Origin: Eubacteriales bacterium
GTDB lineage: Bacteria; Bacillota; Clostridia; Oscillospirales; CAG-382
Direction of reading: 5' to 3'
Assembly: GCA_050953105.1 (NCBI GenBank)
Contig: JBMNMA010000007.1
Location: forward strand, 130,461-194,460
Length of the DNA stretch: 64,000 nucleotides
Of the stretch, positions 26,546-37,686 are shown piece by piece. Both the position numbers and the translations under genes were made by a program. The notes under the pieces were generated by a model, which was not told where the DNA came from, made no database searches, and worked only from the letters and a program-made list of their open reading frames with translations. Position 1 is the stretch's first letter, and each line of letters starts with the position of its first letter.

Positions 26546-28411
26546 CTATATAAGCTTTTTGTATTCCCCGTCAACGTATAGCTTATACCAGGTGATAAAG
26601 GTTAAAATAACCCATATCTGGTGATATAAATCCGCCTTTCCCTTGCGGTGGTTTTCAAGAAGTTTCAGCGCCTCCGATGACACGATATAGTCGGTGGCGG
26701 TGGAATTTTTTATTATATCCGCTGCCCAGTCATACAGTTCGTCCTTAAGCCAAACCCGAACGGGGACCGGATAACCCAGCTTGGGACGAACGACGGTTTC
26801 TTTGTTTAACAAATCCGAAAAAGCATCCCGCAGAATATATTTTGTGGTATGCTTTTTTATTTTGTCCTTGTCGCAAAGCAAAGACGCCGCCTTGAACACC
26901 TCTTTGTCAAGGAAAGGAACCCTTGCCTCAAGGGAGTGAGCCATTGACAGCCTGTCTCCTTTGACAAGAATGTCCGACCTCAGCCAGGTGTTCATGTCAC
27001 AATGCTGCATACGGATAAGGGGGGGAGAACCTGCCGATTCGGCGTAAATATCCCTTGTCCGCTGGGTAAAGTGAACCGACTTGTCGTAGGTTTTTAAAAT
27101 ATCCTTTTTGGCTTCCTCCGCAAACACAAAGGAGTTGCCCACAAAGCGTTTTTCAAGGGGGGTGCAGCCACGGATAAGAAAGTTTTTGCCCTTAACGCTG
27201 TCGGGTAGGGAATTGGCTATCATAAGGAGGGCTTTTCTTAAAAATGCGGGAAGGTGAGATAACGCCGCCGACGAGCGGACGGTGTCATAGATGCGGTATC
27301 CGCCGAAAAGCTCGTCCGAGCCTTCGCCGGTAAGCACCACCTTGACGTGCTTTGCCGCTTCCCGGCTTATAAGGTATATAGCCACCACCGAAGGGTCCGC
27401 CACCGGCGAATCAAGGTGGTAGATTACTTTTTCATAATTGTCGGTAAAGTCCTTAAGGTTGCATTTAACCTTAATGTGATTTATGTTCAGATGCTGGGCT
27501 ATCTGTTCTGCGTCGTCGATTTCGCAGTATCCCTTAACGTCAAAGCCCACGGTAAAGGCTTTTATTCCCGGCTGAATTTTGGACGCCACCGAGGTAACTA
27601 TGGCCGAGTCAATGCCGCTTGACAAAAACGCCCCCACCGGCACATCGGAAAGCAGATGGGCCTCCACCGATTTTTCCACCGCCTCACGCAAAGCCTTTTT
27701 CTTATCGTCATATTTAAGGCTCTTGTTTGGTGAAAATACAGCTTTGTAGTAGCAGGTTATTTCCTTGCCTTTTCCCGCAGTCATGTAATGGCCTGCCGGC
27801 AGTATGCTTATGTCCCCGGTTATTGTGTCGGGTTCGGTAACATACTGAAATGTCATGTAATGCTGAATTAGGGTTTTATCCACGCCGAAACCTTTATATG
27901 ACGAATCGGCAAGGTATGCCTTCATTTCGCTTGAAAAAGTTATACCGTCCTTGGTTTCCCGGTAATACAATGGCTTAATGCCAAAGGGGTCCCGGCCCGC
28001 CATGATTTTATGTTCAACCTTGTCATAAATAAGAAAGGCAAACATTCCCCTTAAACGGTTTATAAAGGAGGGTCCGTATATGGAATAAAGCCGGACAATC
28101 ACTTCGATTTCCGACCTGGTGGCAAATTTTTCGCCGTTTTTAATAAGCTCGTCCCTTAATGTGAGATAGTTATACACCTCTCCGTTGTAGACGGCGGTAT
28201 ATCTGCCGTCGGTAGAGGTGTAGGGCTGCTCGCCCCCTTCAAGGTCTATAATCGACAGCCGCCTGAAACCAAACCCGGCTTTGCCTTGAAAGACGCATTT
28301 GTCACTGTCCGGTCCCCTGTGGGCAATCAGTTCGGACATGGCCGCAAGATCGCCTTTCTCAACCTCGGTAAGGGGGGTATTGTATTTAAACATTCCTATA
28401 AAGCCGCACAT
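26546..28411 (-). CDS. asnB: Asparagine synthase (glutamine-hydrolysing)
   Basis: N-terminal nucleophile MCGF, the SGGxDS-type PP-loop (FLSSGIDSA), and 621 aa. Confidence 0.95.
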   Translation of the reverse strand: MCGFIGMFKYNTPLTEVEKGDLAAMSELIAHRGPDSDKCVFQGKAGFGFRRLSIIDLEGGEQPYTSTDGRYTAVYNGEVYNYLTLRDELIKNGEKFATRSEIEVIVRLYSIYGPSFINRLRGMFAFLIYDKVEHKIMAGRDPFGIKPLYYRETKDGITFSSEMKAYLADSSYKGFGVDKTLIQHYMTFQYVTEPDTITGDISILPAGHYMTAGKGKEITCYYKAVFSPNKSLKYDDKKKALREAVEKSVEAHLLSDVPVGAFLSSGIDSAIVTSVASKIQPGIKAFTVGFDVKGYCEIDDAEQIAQHLNINHIKVKCNLKDFTDNYEKVIYHLDSPVADPSVVAIYLISREAAKHVKVVLTGEGSDELFGGYRIYDTVRSSAALSHLPAFLRKALLMIANSLPDSVKGKNFLIRGCTPLEKRFVGNSFVFAEEAKKDILKTYDKSVHFTQRTRDIYAESAGSPPLIRMQHCDMNTWLRSDILVKGDRLSMAHSLEARVPFLDKEVFKAASLLCDKDKIKKHTTKYILRDAFSDLLNKETVVRPKLGYPVPVRVWLKDELYDWAADIIKNSTATDYIVSSEALKLLENHRKGKADLYHQIWVILTFITWYKLYVDGEYKKLI

Positions 28412-28444
28412 ATTAACCTCGTGCTATATTTTTGTCCCGAAAAT

Positions 28445-29731
28445 TTATATATCCTGGGTATATTCGTCGTAAACGGTGTAATACCGCCTTATTACTGTAA
28501 CAATAAAGAAAAGCATCACAATCAGTCTGGGGAGCACCATAAATGTATAAAGGGTGGGGATAATCAGGCTGACGGCGGTAAAAATCATATTCAAGCCGTA
28601 TAGCGCATATCCTTTTCTTAATCCTTTATCAACCTCGTCTGATTTTTTGGCGTAGTTTAACAGATTGTCAAAGGCTTTTTTTATGAAAATAATATTGAAA
28701 ACAGCATAAACCGTGACTGCAGCCGCCATTATAGCGGCATTTTTTACGGGGAATTCATATATAGATGCGATATCAAAGTTTTGATAAAGTTTAATTAAAA
28801 CCGCCAAAGCTGCCTGAAAAACAAGGGCAAGCACAAAGGGAAGGGAAATAGATATTGCTTTTTGCCTGTTTGTTAGCCAAACGCCCTCCCAAATTAAAAT
28901 TATCGCCACAATGTCGGGGAAGATATCGATTTTATTTACAAATATATCAAATAAAAACACCATGCCGATGGCGGTTAAGATGAATGAAAGCCTGAAAGCG
29001 TTAAGGTTATTGCTTTTCTTTACTACGGAAAAATCTTTTGCATAAACCTCTGAAATTGAGGATATAAAATTTTTATCTTTTTTAATTGTTTTAAAATACT
29101 TGTAAATCTCCCTTATCCACCAGATGCCTAAAATAAGGACGATAAGGAAGAACAAAATCACCGCATAAACTTTATAGCCCACAATTTCGTTTAATATGGG
29201 GGAGGCGGAAATATCAGTCATGGCCTCCACCTCTAAAAGGGCGACGGTGTTGGGGAGGACACAAAGAATGATTTTGGTTATATAAAACACAAGGGTTAAA
29301 AATTTAATGTTTGAAAGCTGGGATAAGGCGTCATAGCCCTCATACCGTTGCAGGAGGTATTCTATTCCGCCGAAAAAATCGGTAAAACAGGCAAGGACAA
29401 GCAGCACCTCCGCCACGCCGAAGGAAAATGTCATAAGCAGCGTCATGGAGGAATCGTAGGAAGCAAACCGGGCAAAGCAAATAAGCCTTAATGCCGATAG
29501 AATTGCAAGGTAAACAAGCTTTTGTGAAGCTAAGTAAAGCCTGTCGTCCAGCTTTGCCATGGCGGACAGTCCAAAAGCGACTAAAAGGTAGCCGATAAAG
29601 TCCGGGAGTATATCAAGCATATCAATATAGGGATTTGCCAGAAATACAAACCCTATAACCACAAGGGGAAAGTTTAACATCCTTTTGCCTTTGGCGTTGT
29701 TCATTCCCGACCGTTCCTTTCTTAAAATCAT
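28445..29731 (-). CDS. Polytopic membrane protein with internal duplication, uncharacterised
   Basis: About 10-12 TM helices. There is a repeated N-terminal-half/C-terminal-half motif (aa 25-55 and aa 254-285). An alternative start is at Met10. Confidence 0.7.
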   Translation of the reverse strand: MILRKERSGMNNAKGKRMLNFPLVVIGFVFLANPYIDMLDILPDFIGYLLVAFGLSAMAKLDDRLYLASQKLVYLAILSALRLICFARFASYDSSMTLLMTFSFGVAEVLLVLACFTDFFGGIEYLLQRYEGYDALSQLSNIKFLTLVFYITKIILCVLPNTVALLEVEAMTDISASPILNEIVGYKVYAVILFFLIVLILGIWWIREIYKYFKTIKKDKNFISSISEVYAKDFSVVKKSNNLNAFRLSFILTAIGMVFLFDIFVNKIDIFPDIVAIILIWEGVWLTNRQKAISISLPFVLALVFQAALAVLIKLYQNFDIASIYEFPVKNAAIMAAAVTVYAVFNIIFIKKAFDNLLNYAKKSDEVDKGLRKGYALYGLNMIFTAVSLIIPTLYTFMVLPRLIVMLFFIVTVIRRYYTVYDEYTQDI

Positions 29732-29734
29732 ACG

Positions 29735-30331
29735 CTATTCCTTAGGCTTGTTTCGCTTGTTTTGCTTTTCTTTTTCCTTCTTTTCAAGGTTTTTAAAGTA
29801 GGCTATGTCCTTTTCGATTTGAGATGAGGTGGTTATCTTTGTAAAGCAGGTGTATAAAAACCACAGGTTCATTACACCCACAAAGTATCTGAAAAACAGT
29901 AAAAGCATGCTTAACGTGCCGGTGTTTATGGAGGGGATGAATATAACTATCAACGCCCATAAATAAAACACCTCCGACATATACAGCCGGCTTATGGCGC
30001 CGTTGGCAAGCCTTTGGGAGCCGCCCTCCTTTGCAAGCTGCCTTATGGCAAGTAAAAAGGAAATATGAAGGGAGGCCACTATGGCAAGGTAAGCGGCATA
30101 GCTGACTTTATAAAGCATCCCGTCACCTGACACTATTTCGAAAATGGCAAGGACGTTTACTATGGAATATTCAAGCCCCAAAACCGACAAAACCGCCGAT
30201 GTTTTAAAGCTTTTGTTAACTTCGGAAAGTTTAAGAAAGCCAAAGAAAAGCAGCGGCCAGCCTATAAGCCCGCCTCCCATGGAGTCGAATATTATCATCA
30301 GATACCCTAAACAGACAATGCCGAATCCCAT
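29735..30331 (-). CDS. Polytopic membrane protein with Lys/Glu-rich C-terminal tail, uncharacterised
   Basis: Start is at the ATG at 30331 (AGGAAAGGAAA RBS), just after the secA stop; the ORF-track start at 30445 would overlap secA. It has 5-6 TM helices. Confidence 0.65.
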   Translation of the reverse strand: MGFGIVCLGYLMIIFDSMGGGLIGWPLLFFGFLKLSEVNKSFKTSAVLSVLGLEYSIVNVLAIFEIVSGDGMLYKVSYAAYLAIVASLHISFLLAIRQLAKEGGSQRLANGAISRLYMSEVFYLWALIVIFIPSINTGTLSMLLLFFRYFVGVMNLWFLYTCFTKITTSSQIEKDIAYFKNLEKKEKEKQNKRNKPKE

Positions 30332-30344
30332 GTGATTTCCTTTC

Positions 30345-33089
30345 CTATGCGCCCTTTTCGTCCTTTGACATGCAGCATTTCTTGTATTTCTGTCCCGAAC
30401 CGCAGGGGCAGGGTTCGTTGGGGCCGACCTTTTTCTTTTTAACAACGGTTATTTTTACTTTTTTGTCGCCCCTGCCCACCGTCATGTCGTTGGCGGCGGT
30501 CATAACCTGTTTTCTTTCTATGGGTTTGCGGGGAGCAACGGTAAGCAGCATACGCACCGTATCGGTCTTAATGCTGTTAACCATTTCGTCGAACATTTCG
30601 CCGCTTTCGATTTTATAAATTGCCAACGGATCCCTCTGGGCGTAGGCATTAAGTCCAACCCCGGTTTCAAGATCGTCCATGGCATCGATATGGTCAACCC
30701 ATTTGCGGTCAACGTTTTCAAGGAGTATAATCCGTTCGATTTCCCTAAACCTTTCGGGGGTGAACACCTGCTCCTGATTGGCATATCTCTGCTTTGCCCG
30801 TTCCATAAGCATTTCGGTTATAGATTCGGCGTTAAGATTGCTTAACTCTTCCTGGGTGTAGTTGAAATCGTTTTTATCGCAGAGCACACCCATGAAAGTT
30901 GACCTTAAAGCGTCAAAATTCCACTCGTCGGGAACGTCGGAGGAGCAATACTGGGAAACGGCGCCGGTTATATAATCCTCAACCATTTTCCAGACGGTAT
31001 TTTTAAGGTCCTTGCCGTCAAGCACATCCCGCCGCTGGGCGTAGATAATCTCACGCTGGCGGTTCATGATGTCGTCGTATTCAAGCACCCGTTTACGGCG
31101 TTCAAAGTTGGTGCCCTCAAGGCGTTTTTGGGCGTTTTCTATAGAGTTTGCAAGGATTTTTGCATTTATCGGCTGATTTTCGTCAAGGCCTAAGGCATTT
31201 ACAACACCCATTATCCGGTCGGAGCCGAACAGACGCATAAGGTCGTCTTGCATGGAAAGGTAGAACCGGCTTGCACCCGGGTCCCCCTGACGGCCCGAAC
31301 GGCCGCGCAGCTGGTTGTCTATACGGCGGGATTCATGCCGCTCGGTGCCAATGACAAACAATCCGCCTGCCGCTTTGACCTTTTCGGCTTCGGGAGCGAT
31401 TTCGACCTCATACTGCTTTACCAGATCTCTGTAATGGTTGCGAAGGTCTATTATGCTTTGATCCTCGGTATGGGCATATCCGGTGGCTTCGTTAATCTGC
31501 CATTCCTCATAGCCTTCCGAGCGCATTTTGGCTTTGGCCATGAATTCGGCGTTGCCGCCCAGCTTAATGTCGGTGCCGCGGCCCGCCATGTTGGTGGATA
31601 TGGTAACCGCCCCAAGCTTGCCGGCCTGGGCGATAATTTCTGCCTCTTTTTCGTGGTATTTGGCATTTAATACATTATGTTTAATGCCCTGCTTGGTTAA
31701 GAGCTTTGATAAAATTTCGGATTTTTCCACCGAAACGGTGCCTACCAGCACCGGCTGACCCTTGGCGTTGCATTCTTTTATTTGTTCAAGTATGTGATTG
31801 TATTTGCCATTGACCGTTTTGAACACCATGTCGGTGTGGTCGATTCTTATCATAGGACGGTTGGTGGGGATTTCCACCACGTCAAGGTTGTATATCTCCC
31901 TGAATTCGTCCTCTTCGGTTAATGCGGTGCCCGTCATGCCCGAAAGCTTGGTGTAAAGGCGGAAATAGTTTTGGAAGGTAATTGTAGCCTGGGTTTTGGA
32001 TTCCCGTTCTATAGTAACCCCTTCCTTGGCCTCTATGGCCTGGTGAATGCCGTTGGAATACCGCCGGCCATACATAATACGCCCGGTAAAGGGGTCGACT
32101 ATAAGCACCTGGCCGTCCTTGACCACGTAGTCAATATCCTTCTGCTTTACGCCGTGGGCGTGGATGGCATTGTTTATATAATGCATTATTTCCTGATTTT
32201 CGGCATCGCCTAGGTTTTCAACGCCGAAAAATCTTTCGGCCTTTTCAATGCCCTGCTTTGTAAGCACGGCGGTTTTGGCCTTTTCGTCAACAATATAGTC
32301 GGCATCAACGTCGTCATGGTCGGCCTTGGCGTCTATTTCCTTCATTTTAAGGCACTTCATCCGCTTGACCAGCTCATTGGTCTTTTCATACATCGGGTCG
32401 GATTTGTCGCCGGTGCCGGATATGATAAGGGGAGTTCTGGCCTCATCTATAAGTATGGAGTCAACTTCGTCCACAATGGCAAAGTCATGGCCGCGTTGGA
32501 CAACCCGCTCCTTGTAAATGACCATGTTGTCCCTGAGGTAGTCAAACCCCATTTCGTTGTTGGTGCCGTAGGTAATGTCGGCGGCATAAGCGGCTTTGCG
32601 CTGCTCTATGGTTAAGCCGTGGATAATAAGCCCCACCGAAAGGCCCAAAAAGTTATATAATTTTCCCATCCATTCGGAGTCACGCTTGGCAAGGTAGTCG
32701 TTTACGGTAACAATATGCACCGCTTTGCCGTCAAGAGCGTTAAGATAGGCGGGCAGGGTGGCAACCTGGGTTTTGCCTTCACCGGTTTTCATTTCGGCAA
32801 TACGTCCCTGGTGTAAGACTATGCCGCCTATAAGCTGAACACGGTAATGACGTGTGCCAAGGACACGGTCTGCGGCCTCTCTGACAACGGCAAAAGCGTC
32901 GGGGAGGATATCGTCCTTTGTTTCCCCGTTGGCTAGCCTCTGCTTTAGTATACCCGTCTGGGACTGAAGCTCGGCATCGGTCATTGCCTTGTATTTATCG
33001 GCAAGGGATTCTATTTTATCAACAGTAGGCAGCAGTTTTTTTATCTGCCTTTCGCTATATGTTCCAAACATCTTTGTAAACAATGACAT
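30345..33089 (-). CDS. secA: Preprotein translocase ATPase SecA
   Basis: The N-terminus is [22 protein letters not shown]-like motor motifs ([27 protein letters not shown]) and the C-terminal zinc motif [13 protein letters not shown] are present. Start is at 33089, not 33188. Confidence 0.97.
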   Translation of the reverse strand: MSLFTKMFGTYSERQIKKLLPTVDKIESLADKYKAMTDAELQSQTGILKQRLANGETKDDILPDAFAVVREAADRVLGTRHYRVQLIGGIVLHQGRIAEMKTGEGKTQVATLPAYLNALDGKAVHIVTVNDYLAKRDSEWMGKLYNFLGLSVGLIIHGLTIEQRKAAYAADITYGTNNEMGFDYLRDNMVIYKERVVQRGHDFAIVDEVDSILIDEARTPLIISGTGDKSDPMYEKTNELVKRMKCLKMKEIDAKADHDDVDADYIVDEKAKTAVLTKQGIEKAERFFGVENLGDAENQEIMHYINNAIHAHGVKQKDIDYVVKDGQVLIVDPFTGRIMYGRRYSNGIHQAIEAKEGVTIERESKTQATITFQNYFRLYTKLSGMTGTALTEEDEFREIYNLDVVEIPTNRPMIRIDHTDMVFKTVNGKYNHILEQIKECNAKGQPVLVGTVSVEKSEILSKLLTKQGIKHNVLNAKYHEKEAEIIAQAGKLGAVTISTNMAGRGTDIKLGGNAEFMAKAKMRSEGYEEWQINEATGYAHTEDQSIIDLRNHYRDLVKQYEVEIAPEAEKVKAAGGLFVIGTERHESRRIDNQLRGRSGRQGDPGASRFYLSMQDDLMRLFGSDRIMGVVNALGLDENQPINAKILANSIENAQKRLEGTNFERRKRVLEYDDIMNRQREIIYAQRRDVLDGKDLKNTVWKMVEDYITGAVSQYCSSDVPDEWNFDALRSTFMGVLCDKNDFNYTQEELSNLNAESITEMLMERAKQRYANQEQVFTPERFREIERIILLENVDRKWVDHIDAMDDLETGVGLNAYAQRDPLAIYKIESGEMFDEMVNSIKTDTVRMLLTVAPRKPIERKQVMTAANDMTVGRGDKKVKITVVKKKKVGPNEPCPCGSGQKYKKCCMSKDEKGA

Positions 33090-33173
33090 ATCAACGCCTG
33101 CCTTTGAAATATTATAATCTAAAACATAATACCATATATTCGCAAAAAAATACACCCCTTTTTGTAAAAATAA

Positions 33174-33202
33174 TTGAAAAACAGGCAATATTGTGATAAT
33201 AT
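33174..33202 (+). promoter_or_regulatory. Putative promoter of trmL-mnmE-mnmG-rsmG
   Basis: ttgaaa, 17-nt spacer, taatat with an extended -10 tg (tgataatat). Confidence 0.5.
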
Positions 33203-33244
33203 TAATCTGTTAACCTTAAATACCAAGGAAGGTGCCTTTTTAAA

Positions 33245-33733
33245 TTGATAAACGTTGTGCTGCTTGAGCCCGAAATACCCCAGAATACAGGAAATATCGC
33301 CCGCACCTGCGTGGCAACCCATACAAGACTTCACCTTATTAAACCCTTCGGTTTTGAAATAACCGACCGGAACTTAAAGCGGGCGGGCCTTGACTACTGG
33401 CAATATCTTGACATAAATTACTACGAAAATTTAGACCATTTCAAAGCCGAAAACCCCGGCGCTGTCTGCCGCTATTATACTACAAAGGCCGAAAAATGCT
33501 ATACCGAGGCAGATTACCCCGAAAACTGCTATCTTTTCTTCGGCAAGGAAACCAAGGGACTTCCCGAATGGCTGCTTACGGAAAATCAAAAGGACTGCGT
33601 CAGAATACCCATGTTCGGGGAGATAAGGTCACTTAATTTATCAAATTCGGTGGCCATTGCCGTTTATGAGGCACTGCGTCAGCAGGGATTCGGCGAACTT
33701 AACAAGGTCGGGAAATTTCCCGGAAAGGAATAA
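33245..33733 (+). CDS. trmL: tRNA (cytidine/uridine34-2'-O)-methyltransferase TrmL (SpoU/TrmH fold)
   Basis: VVLLEPEIPQNTGNIARTC, and a C-terminal knot region SLNLSNSVAIAVYE. Start codon is TTG. Confidence 0.88.
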   Translation: MINVVLLEPEIPQNTGNIARTCVATHTRLHLIKPFGFEITDRNLKRAGLDYWQYLDINYYENLDHFKAENPGAVCRYYTTKAEKCYTEADYPENCYLFFGKETKGLPEWLLTENQKDCVRIPMFGEIRSLNLSNSVAIAVYEALRQQGFGELNKVGKFPGKE

Positions 33734-33735
33734 AA

Positions 33736-35094
33736 ATGGACAAAAGCACTGTTGCCGCCATATCCACCCCCAAGGGAAAGGGCGGGGTGGCAATGATAAG
33801 AATAACCGGGGAACAAGCCTTTGAGATAGCCTCAAAGGTATTTGTGCCTGCGTCAAATAAGGAACTTTTGTCCTATAAACCCAACACCGCCATATACGGC
33901 AGATTTTTCGACGAAAACATACCCTTTGACGACGGAATTGCCATTTTATATAAAGCTCCTGCCTCCTTTACCGGGGAGGATACGGTGGAGCTGTGCTGTC
34001 ACGGAGGTGTGCTGGTTACCCAAAAGCTGCTTTCAGCTGTCTTTGCCGCCGGAGCATACCCTGCCGGAGCAGGGGAGTTTACCAAGCGGGCCTTTATAAA
34101 CGGCAAGCTTAAATTATCAGAGGCTGAGGCTATCGGCGGAATTATAGACGCAGTTTCGGAAAAGCATTTGAATATTTCACTTCTTCAGCTTGAAGGTTCG
34201 TTGAGCCGTAAAATATCTGATATATATTCCCGGCTTGCCTTTCTTGCATCATCGGTGTATGCCTATATCGACTACCCCGACGAGGATATGACCGATATCC
34301 CGCCGGAGGAAATGAAAAAGATTTTAACAGGTATTTATTCGGAACTTGACACCCTCCGGCAAAGCCGCAAATACGGCAGGGCAATTTCCGAAGGGGTGTC
34401 CGCCGTTATTGCAGGACGTCCGAATACGGGTAAGTCCTCCCTTTTAAATCTTCTTTCGGGGAGCGAAAGGGCGATAGTGACTGATATCGAAGGCACCACC
34501 CGGGATGTTATTACCGAAAAAATCGTGGTTGGGGATGTGGTGCTTAACCTTTCCGACACCGCAGGAATAAGAGACGGTGGCGACATTATAGAAAAAATAG
34601 GCATTGAAAAGTCGCAAAAAGCAATAAACGATGCCGAAATTATAATTCTTGTTTTTGAAAACCGCCTTACACAGCAGGACATGCACGTTGTGGAGCTTAT
34701 TAAAAAAGCAAAAAAAGAAAACTCGGTCATTGCTTTATACAATAAAACCGACCTTGAAAAAGCCGAGCCTGCCGGCATTTTCAAATACGAAATCCCCTTT
34801 TCCACAAAAACCGGGGAAGGAAAGGCCGAGCTTGAAAAAGCCATTGCCACCCTCTGCGGCGAGGGGGATGTTACCGACAATTCCACCATCATAACCTCCG
34901 CCCGGCAGTTTGCCGCCATAAAAAAATCAATGGAGCATATTCAAAACGCCATTTTTTCTCTTGATTCCTTTACCCAGGACATTGCGGGAATGGATATCGA
35001 ACGGGCAATGGCACAATTAAGTGAGCTTGACGGCCGGCAGGTAACCGAAGAAGTGGTTAACAATATTTTTTCCCATTTCTGCGTGGGAAAGTAA
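33736..35094 (+). CDS. mnmE: tRNA modification GTPase MnmE
   Basis: G1 motif GRPNTGKSS, DTAG, NKTD, and the C-terminal FCVGK. Confidence 0.95.
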   Translation: MDKSTVAAISTPKGKGGVAMIRITGEQAFEIASKVFVPASNKELLSYKPNTAIYGRFFDENIPFDDGIAILYKAPASFTGEDTVELCCHGGVLVTQKLLSAVFAAGAYPAGAGEFTKRAFINGKLKLSEAEAIGGIIDAVSEKHLNISLLQLEGSLSRKISDIYSRLAFLASSVYAYIDYPDEDMTDIPPEEMKKILTGIYSELDTLRQSRKYGRAISEGVSAVIAGRPNTGKSSLLNLLSGSERAIVTDIEGTTRDVITEKIVVGDVVLNLSDTAGIRDGGDIIEKIGIEKSQKAINDAEIIILVFENRLTQQDMHVVELIKKAKKENSVIALYNKTDLEKAEPAGIFKYEIPFSTKTGEGKAELEKAIATLCGEGDVTDNSTIITSARQFAAIKKSMEHIQNAIFSLDSFTQDIAGMDIERAMAQLSELDGRQVTEEVVNNIFSHFCVGK

Positions 35095-35121
35095 ACGGAA
35101 ATTCGAGGAAAACTAAAATAT

Positions 35122-36987
35122 ATGAACGATCTTGTATATGACGTAATAGTGGTTGGTGCGGGACATGCGGGAATAGAAGCCTCCCTTGCCGCCGCACGGC
35201 TGGGTTTAAAAACCGCCGTGTTTACCCTTAATATAGACCTTGTGGGGAACATGCCCTGCAACCCCTCCATTGGCGGCACTGGAAAGGGACATCTGGTGTT
35301 TGAAATTAACGCCCTGGGGGGCGAGATGGGCAAAGCCGCCGATGCGGTGATGCTTCAGTCGAGAATGTTAAACTCCTCCAAAGGCCCTGCCGTCCATTCT
35401 CTGCGGATGCAGGCCGACCGGGCGGCATACCGCAACTATATGAAAAAGGTGCTTGAAAACACCCCCAACCTTACATTGGTTCAGGCCGAGGTTACCGATA
35501 TTTTACTTGAAAACGGCGTTGTCTGCGGCGTTATGACCGCTTTCGGCATGAGATATTATGCAAAGGCGGTTATTATGGCTACCGGCACATCACTGGCGGG
35601 CAAAGTCATAGTAGGGGAGACCTCCTACCAATCCGGTCCCGACAACACCCTGCCTGCCACAAGGCTTGCCAAGAATTTAACCGACATAGGGGTTAAAATT
35701 GTCCGGTTTAAAACAGGCACCCCTCCCCGTGTCCACGCCGACAGCCTTGACTATGACGAAATGGAAATTCAGTATGGTGACGAGTTTCCCAAACTCTTTG
35801 CCTCCGACGACTACGGGGTTAATCTGCGCTGCTGCTATATAACCTATACCAACGAAAAAACCCATGAAATCATTCGTAAAAACCTCCACCGCTCACCCCT
35901 ATTCGGCGGTGAGATAAAGGGAACCGGCCCCCGCTACTGCCCCTCCATAGAGGATAAGGTGGTGCGCTTTGCCGACAAGGAACGCCATCAGCTTTTCATT
36001 GAGCCTATGGGCCTTGATACCAAGGAGATGTATATTCAGGGGTTGTCCTCCTCAATGCCGGAGGACGTTCAGCGGGAAATTGTCCATTCCATAAAGGGGC
36101 TGACAAATGCAAAAATAATGCGCACCGCCTATGCCATAGAATACGACTGCGCCGATCCCACCCAGCTAAAACCCACCCTTGAGTTCAGGGACATTCCCGG
36201 CCTTTACGGTGCCGGCCAGTTTAACGGCTCGTCAGGCTATGAGGAGGCGGCGGCCCAGGGACTTATCGCCGGCATAAACGCCGCCCTTAAAATTAAAGGG
36301 AAAAGCGAGTTTATTCTGTCAAGGGGCGAAGCCTATATCGGCACCCTTATAGATGACCTGGTTACCAAGGGCACCAACGAACCCTACCGGATAATGACCA
36401 GCCGTTCGGAATACCGCCTTTATCTGCGTCAGGATAATGTCAAGCGGCGGCTTATGCCAAAAGGCCGTATGATTGGACTTGTTACCGACGAAGAATACGA
36501 AAAATTCCTTAAAGATGAGGAGCTTTTAAACAGCGAAATTCAAAGGCTTAACGCCGAAACGCTAAAATCCACCGATTCGGTAAACGATCTGCTTGTATCA
36601 AGGGGATATGACAAACTGTCCGGCGGTATTAGAAAGGACGAGCTTTTAAAGCGGCCGCTTATTTCCATCTGGGACATTTACAATCTTGACGGCACAGCGG
36701 ATATCCCACGTCATATTGCCGAACGGGCGGAAATTGAGATTAAATACGAAGGCTATATCAAAAAAGAACTGGCCGATGTTGAACGGTTTAAGCATCTTGA
36801 AGAAAAACAAATACCTGCCGACATTGATTATTCCAAAATAACCGGCCTGCGTATAGAGGCAAGGCAAAAGCTTGAGAAATTCAGGCCCGAATCGGTGGGC
36901 AGGGCGTCGAGAATTTCCGGCGTTTCACCGGCAGACATTTCGGTGCTGCTTATATACCTTTCGCAGAGAGGGAAGAGAAATGGTTGA
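35122..36987 (+). CDS. mnmG: tRNA uridine 5-carboxymethylaminomethyl modification enzyme MnmG
   Basis: The FAD motif is VIVVGAGHAGIEA; GPRYCPSIEDK is present; 621 aa. Confidence 0.97.
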   Translation: MNDLVYDVIVVGAGHAGIEASLAAARLGLKTAVFTLNIDLVGNMPCNPSIGGTGKGHLVFEINALGGEMGKAADAVMLQSRMLNSSKGPAVHSLRMQADRAAYRNYMKKVLENTPNLTLVQAEVTDILLENGVVCGVMTAFGMRYYAKAVIMATGTSLAGKVIVGETSYQSGPDNTLPATRLAKNLTDIGVKIVRFKTGTPPRVHADSLDYDEMEIQYGDEFPKLFASDDYGVNLRCCYITYTNEKTHEIIRKNLHRSPLFGGEIKGTGPRYCPSIEDKVVRFADKERHQLFIEPMGLDTKEMYIQGLSSSMPEDVQREIVHSIKGLTNAKIMRTAYAIEYDCADPTQLKPTLEFRDIPGLYGAGQFNGSSGYEEAAAQGLIAGINAALKIKGKSEFILSRGEAYIGTLIDDLVTKGTNEPYRIMTSRSEYRLYLRQDNVKRRLMPKGRMIGLVTDEEYEKFLKDEELLNSEIQRLNAETLKSTDSVNDLLVSRGYDKLSGGIRKDELLKRPLISIWDIYNLDGTADIPRHIAERAEIEIKYEGYIKKELADVERFKHLEEKQIPADIDYSKITGLRIEARQKLEKFRPESVGRASRISGVSPADISVLLIYLSQRGKRNG

Positions 36988-37672
36988 CATAATAAGAAAA
37001 TACTCCCCCGTTCCGCTTACACCGGAACAGGTAGACCTAATGCAAAAGGTGGCCGAAAGGCTTGCCGAAAAAAACAAGGTGGTTAATCTGACGGCCATAA
37101 CGGATGAAAACCAAACCGCCGAACTGCATTTTATCGATTCAATTTACCCTGTTTCAACTGGGCGTATTTCGGGCAGGGTGCTTGACGTGGGCAGCGGCGG
37201 AGGTTTTCCGGGAATTCCCGTTGCCATAGCCACTGGCTTAAACGTCACCTGCCTTGACGCCACCCGTAAAAAGCTTGATTTTATTGACGAAACCGCTTCT
37301 GCCCTCGGTTTGGTTAACATACACACCCTCTGCGGCCGGGCGGAGGAGCTGGCACAGGACAAAAAACATCGTGAAAAATATGACACAGTCCTTTCCCGGG
37401 GTGTGGCAAGGCTTAATGTCCTTTGCGAATGGTGTATGCCCTACGTCAAACTAAACGGCTGCTTTATAGCCATGAAAGGCTCTAACGCAGGTGAGGAAGT
37501 TGCCGAAGCGGAAAACGCCATAAAAACCCTAGGCGGCGAACTGGTAGACATAATTCAATATAAGCTCGAACTTTCGGGACACGTCCATTCCCTTGTTATA
37601 ATTAAAAAAGTCAAACCCACACCAACGGTTTATCCAAGACGCAATTCCCAGATTATGAAAAAGCCCTTGTAA
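36980..37672 (+). CDS. rsmG: 16S rRNA (guanine527-N7)-methyltransferase RsmG
   Basis: The SAM motif is VLDVGSGGGFPGIP. Start is at the ATG at 36980, overlapping the mnmG end by 8 nt; the ORF-track start at 36872 is rejected. Confidence 0.9.
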   Translation: MVDIIRKYSPVPLTPEQVDLMQKVAERLAEKNKVVNLTAITDENQTAELHFIDSIYPVSTGRISGRVLDVGSGGGFPGIPVAIATGLNVTCLDATRKKLDFIDETASALGLVNIHTLCGRAEELAQDKKHREKYDTVLSRGVARLNVLCEWCMPYVKLNGCFIAMKGSNAGEEVAEAENAIKTLGGELVDIIQYKLELSGHVHSLVIIKKVKPTPTVYPRRNSQIMKKPL

Positions 37673-37686
37673 AAAGGAGTTAAATT

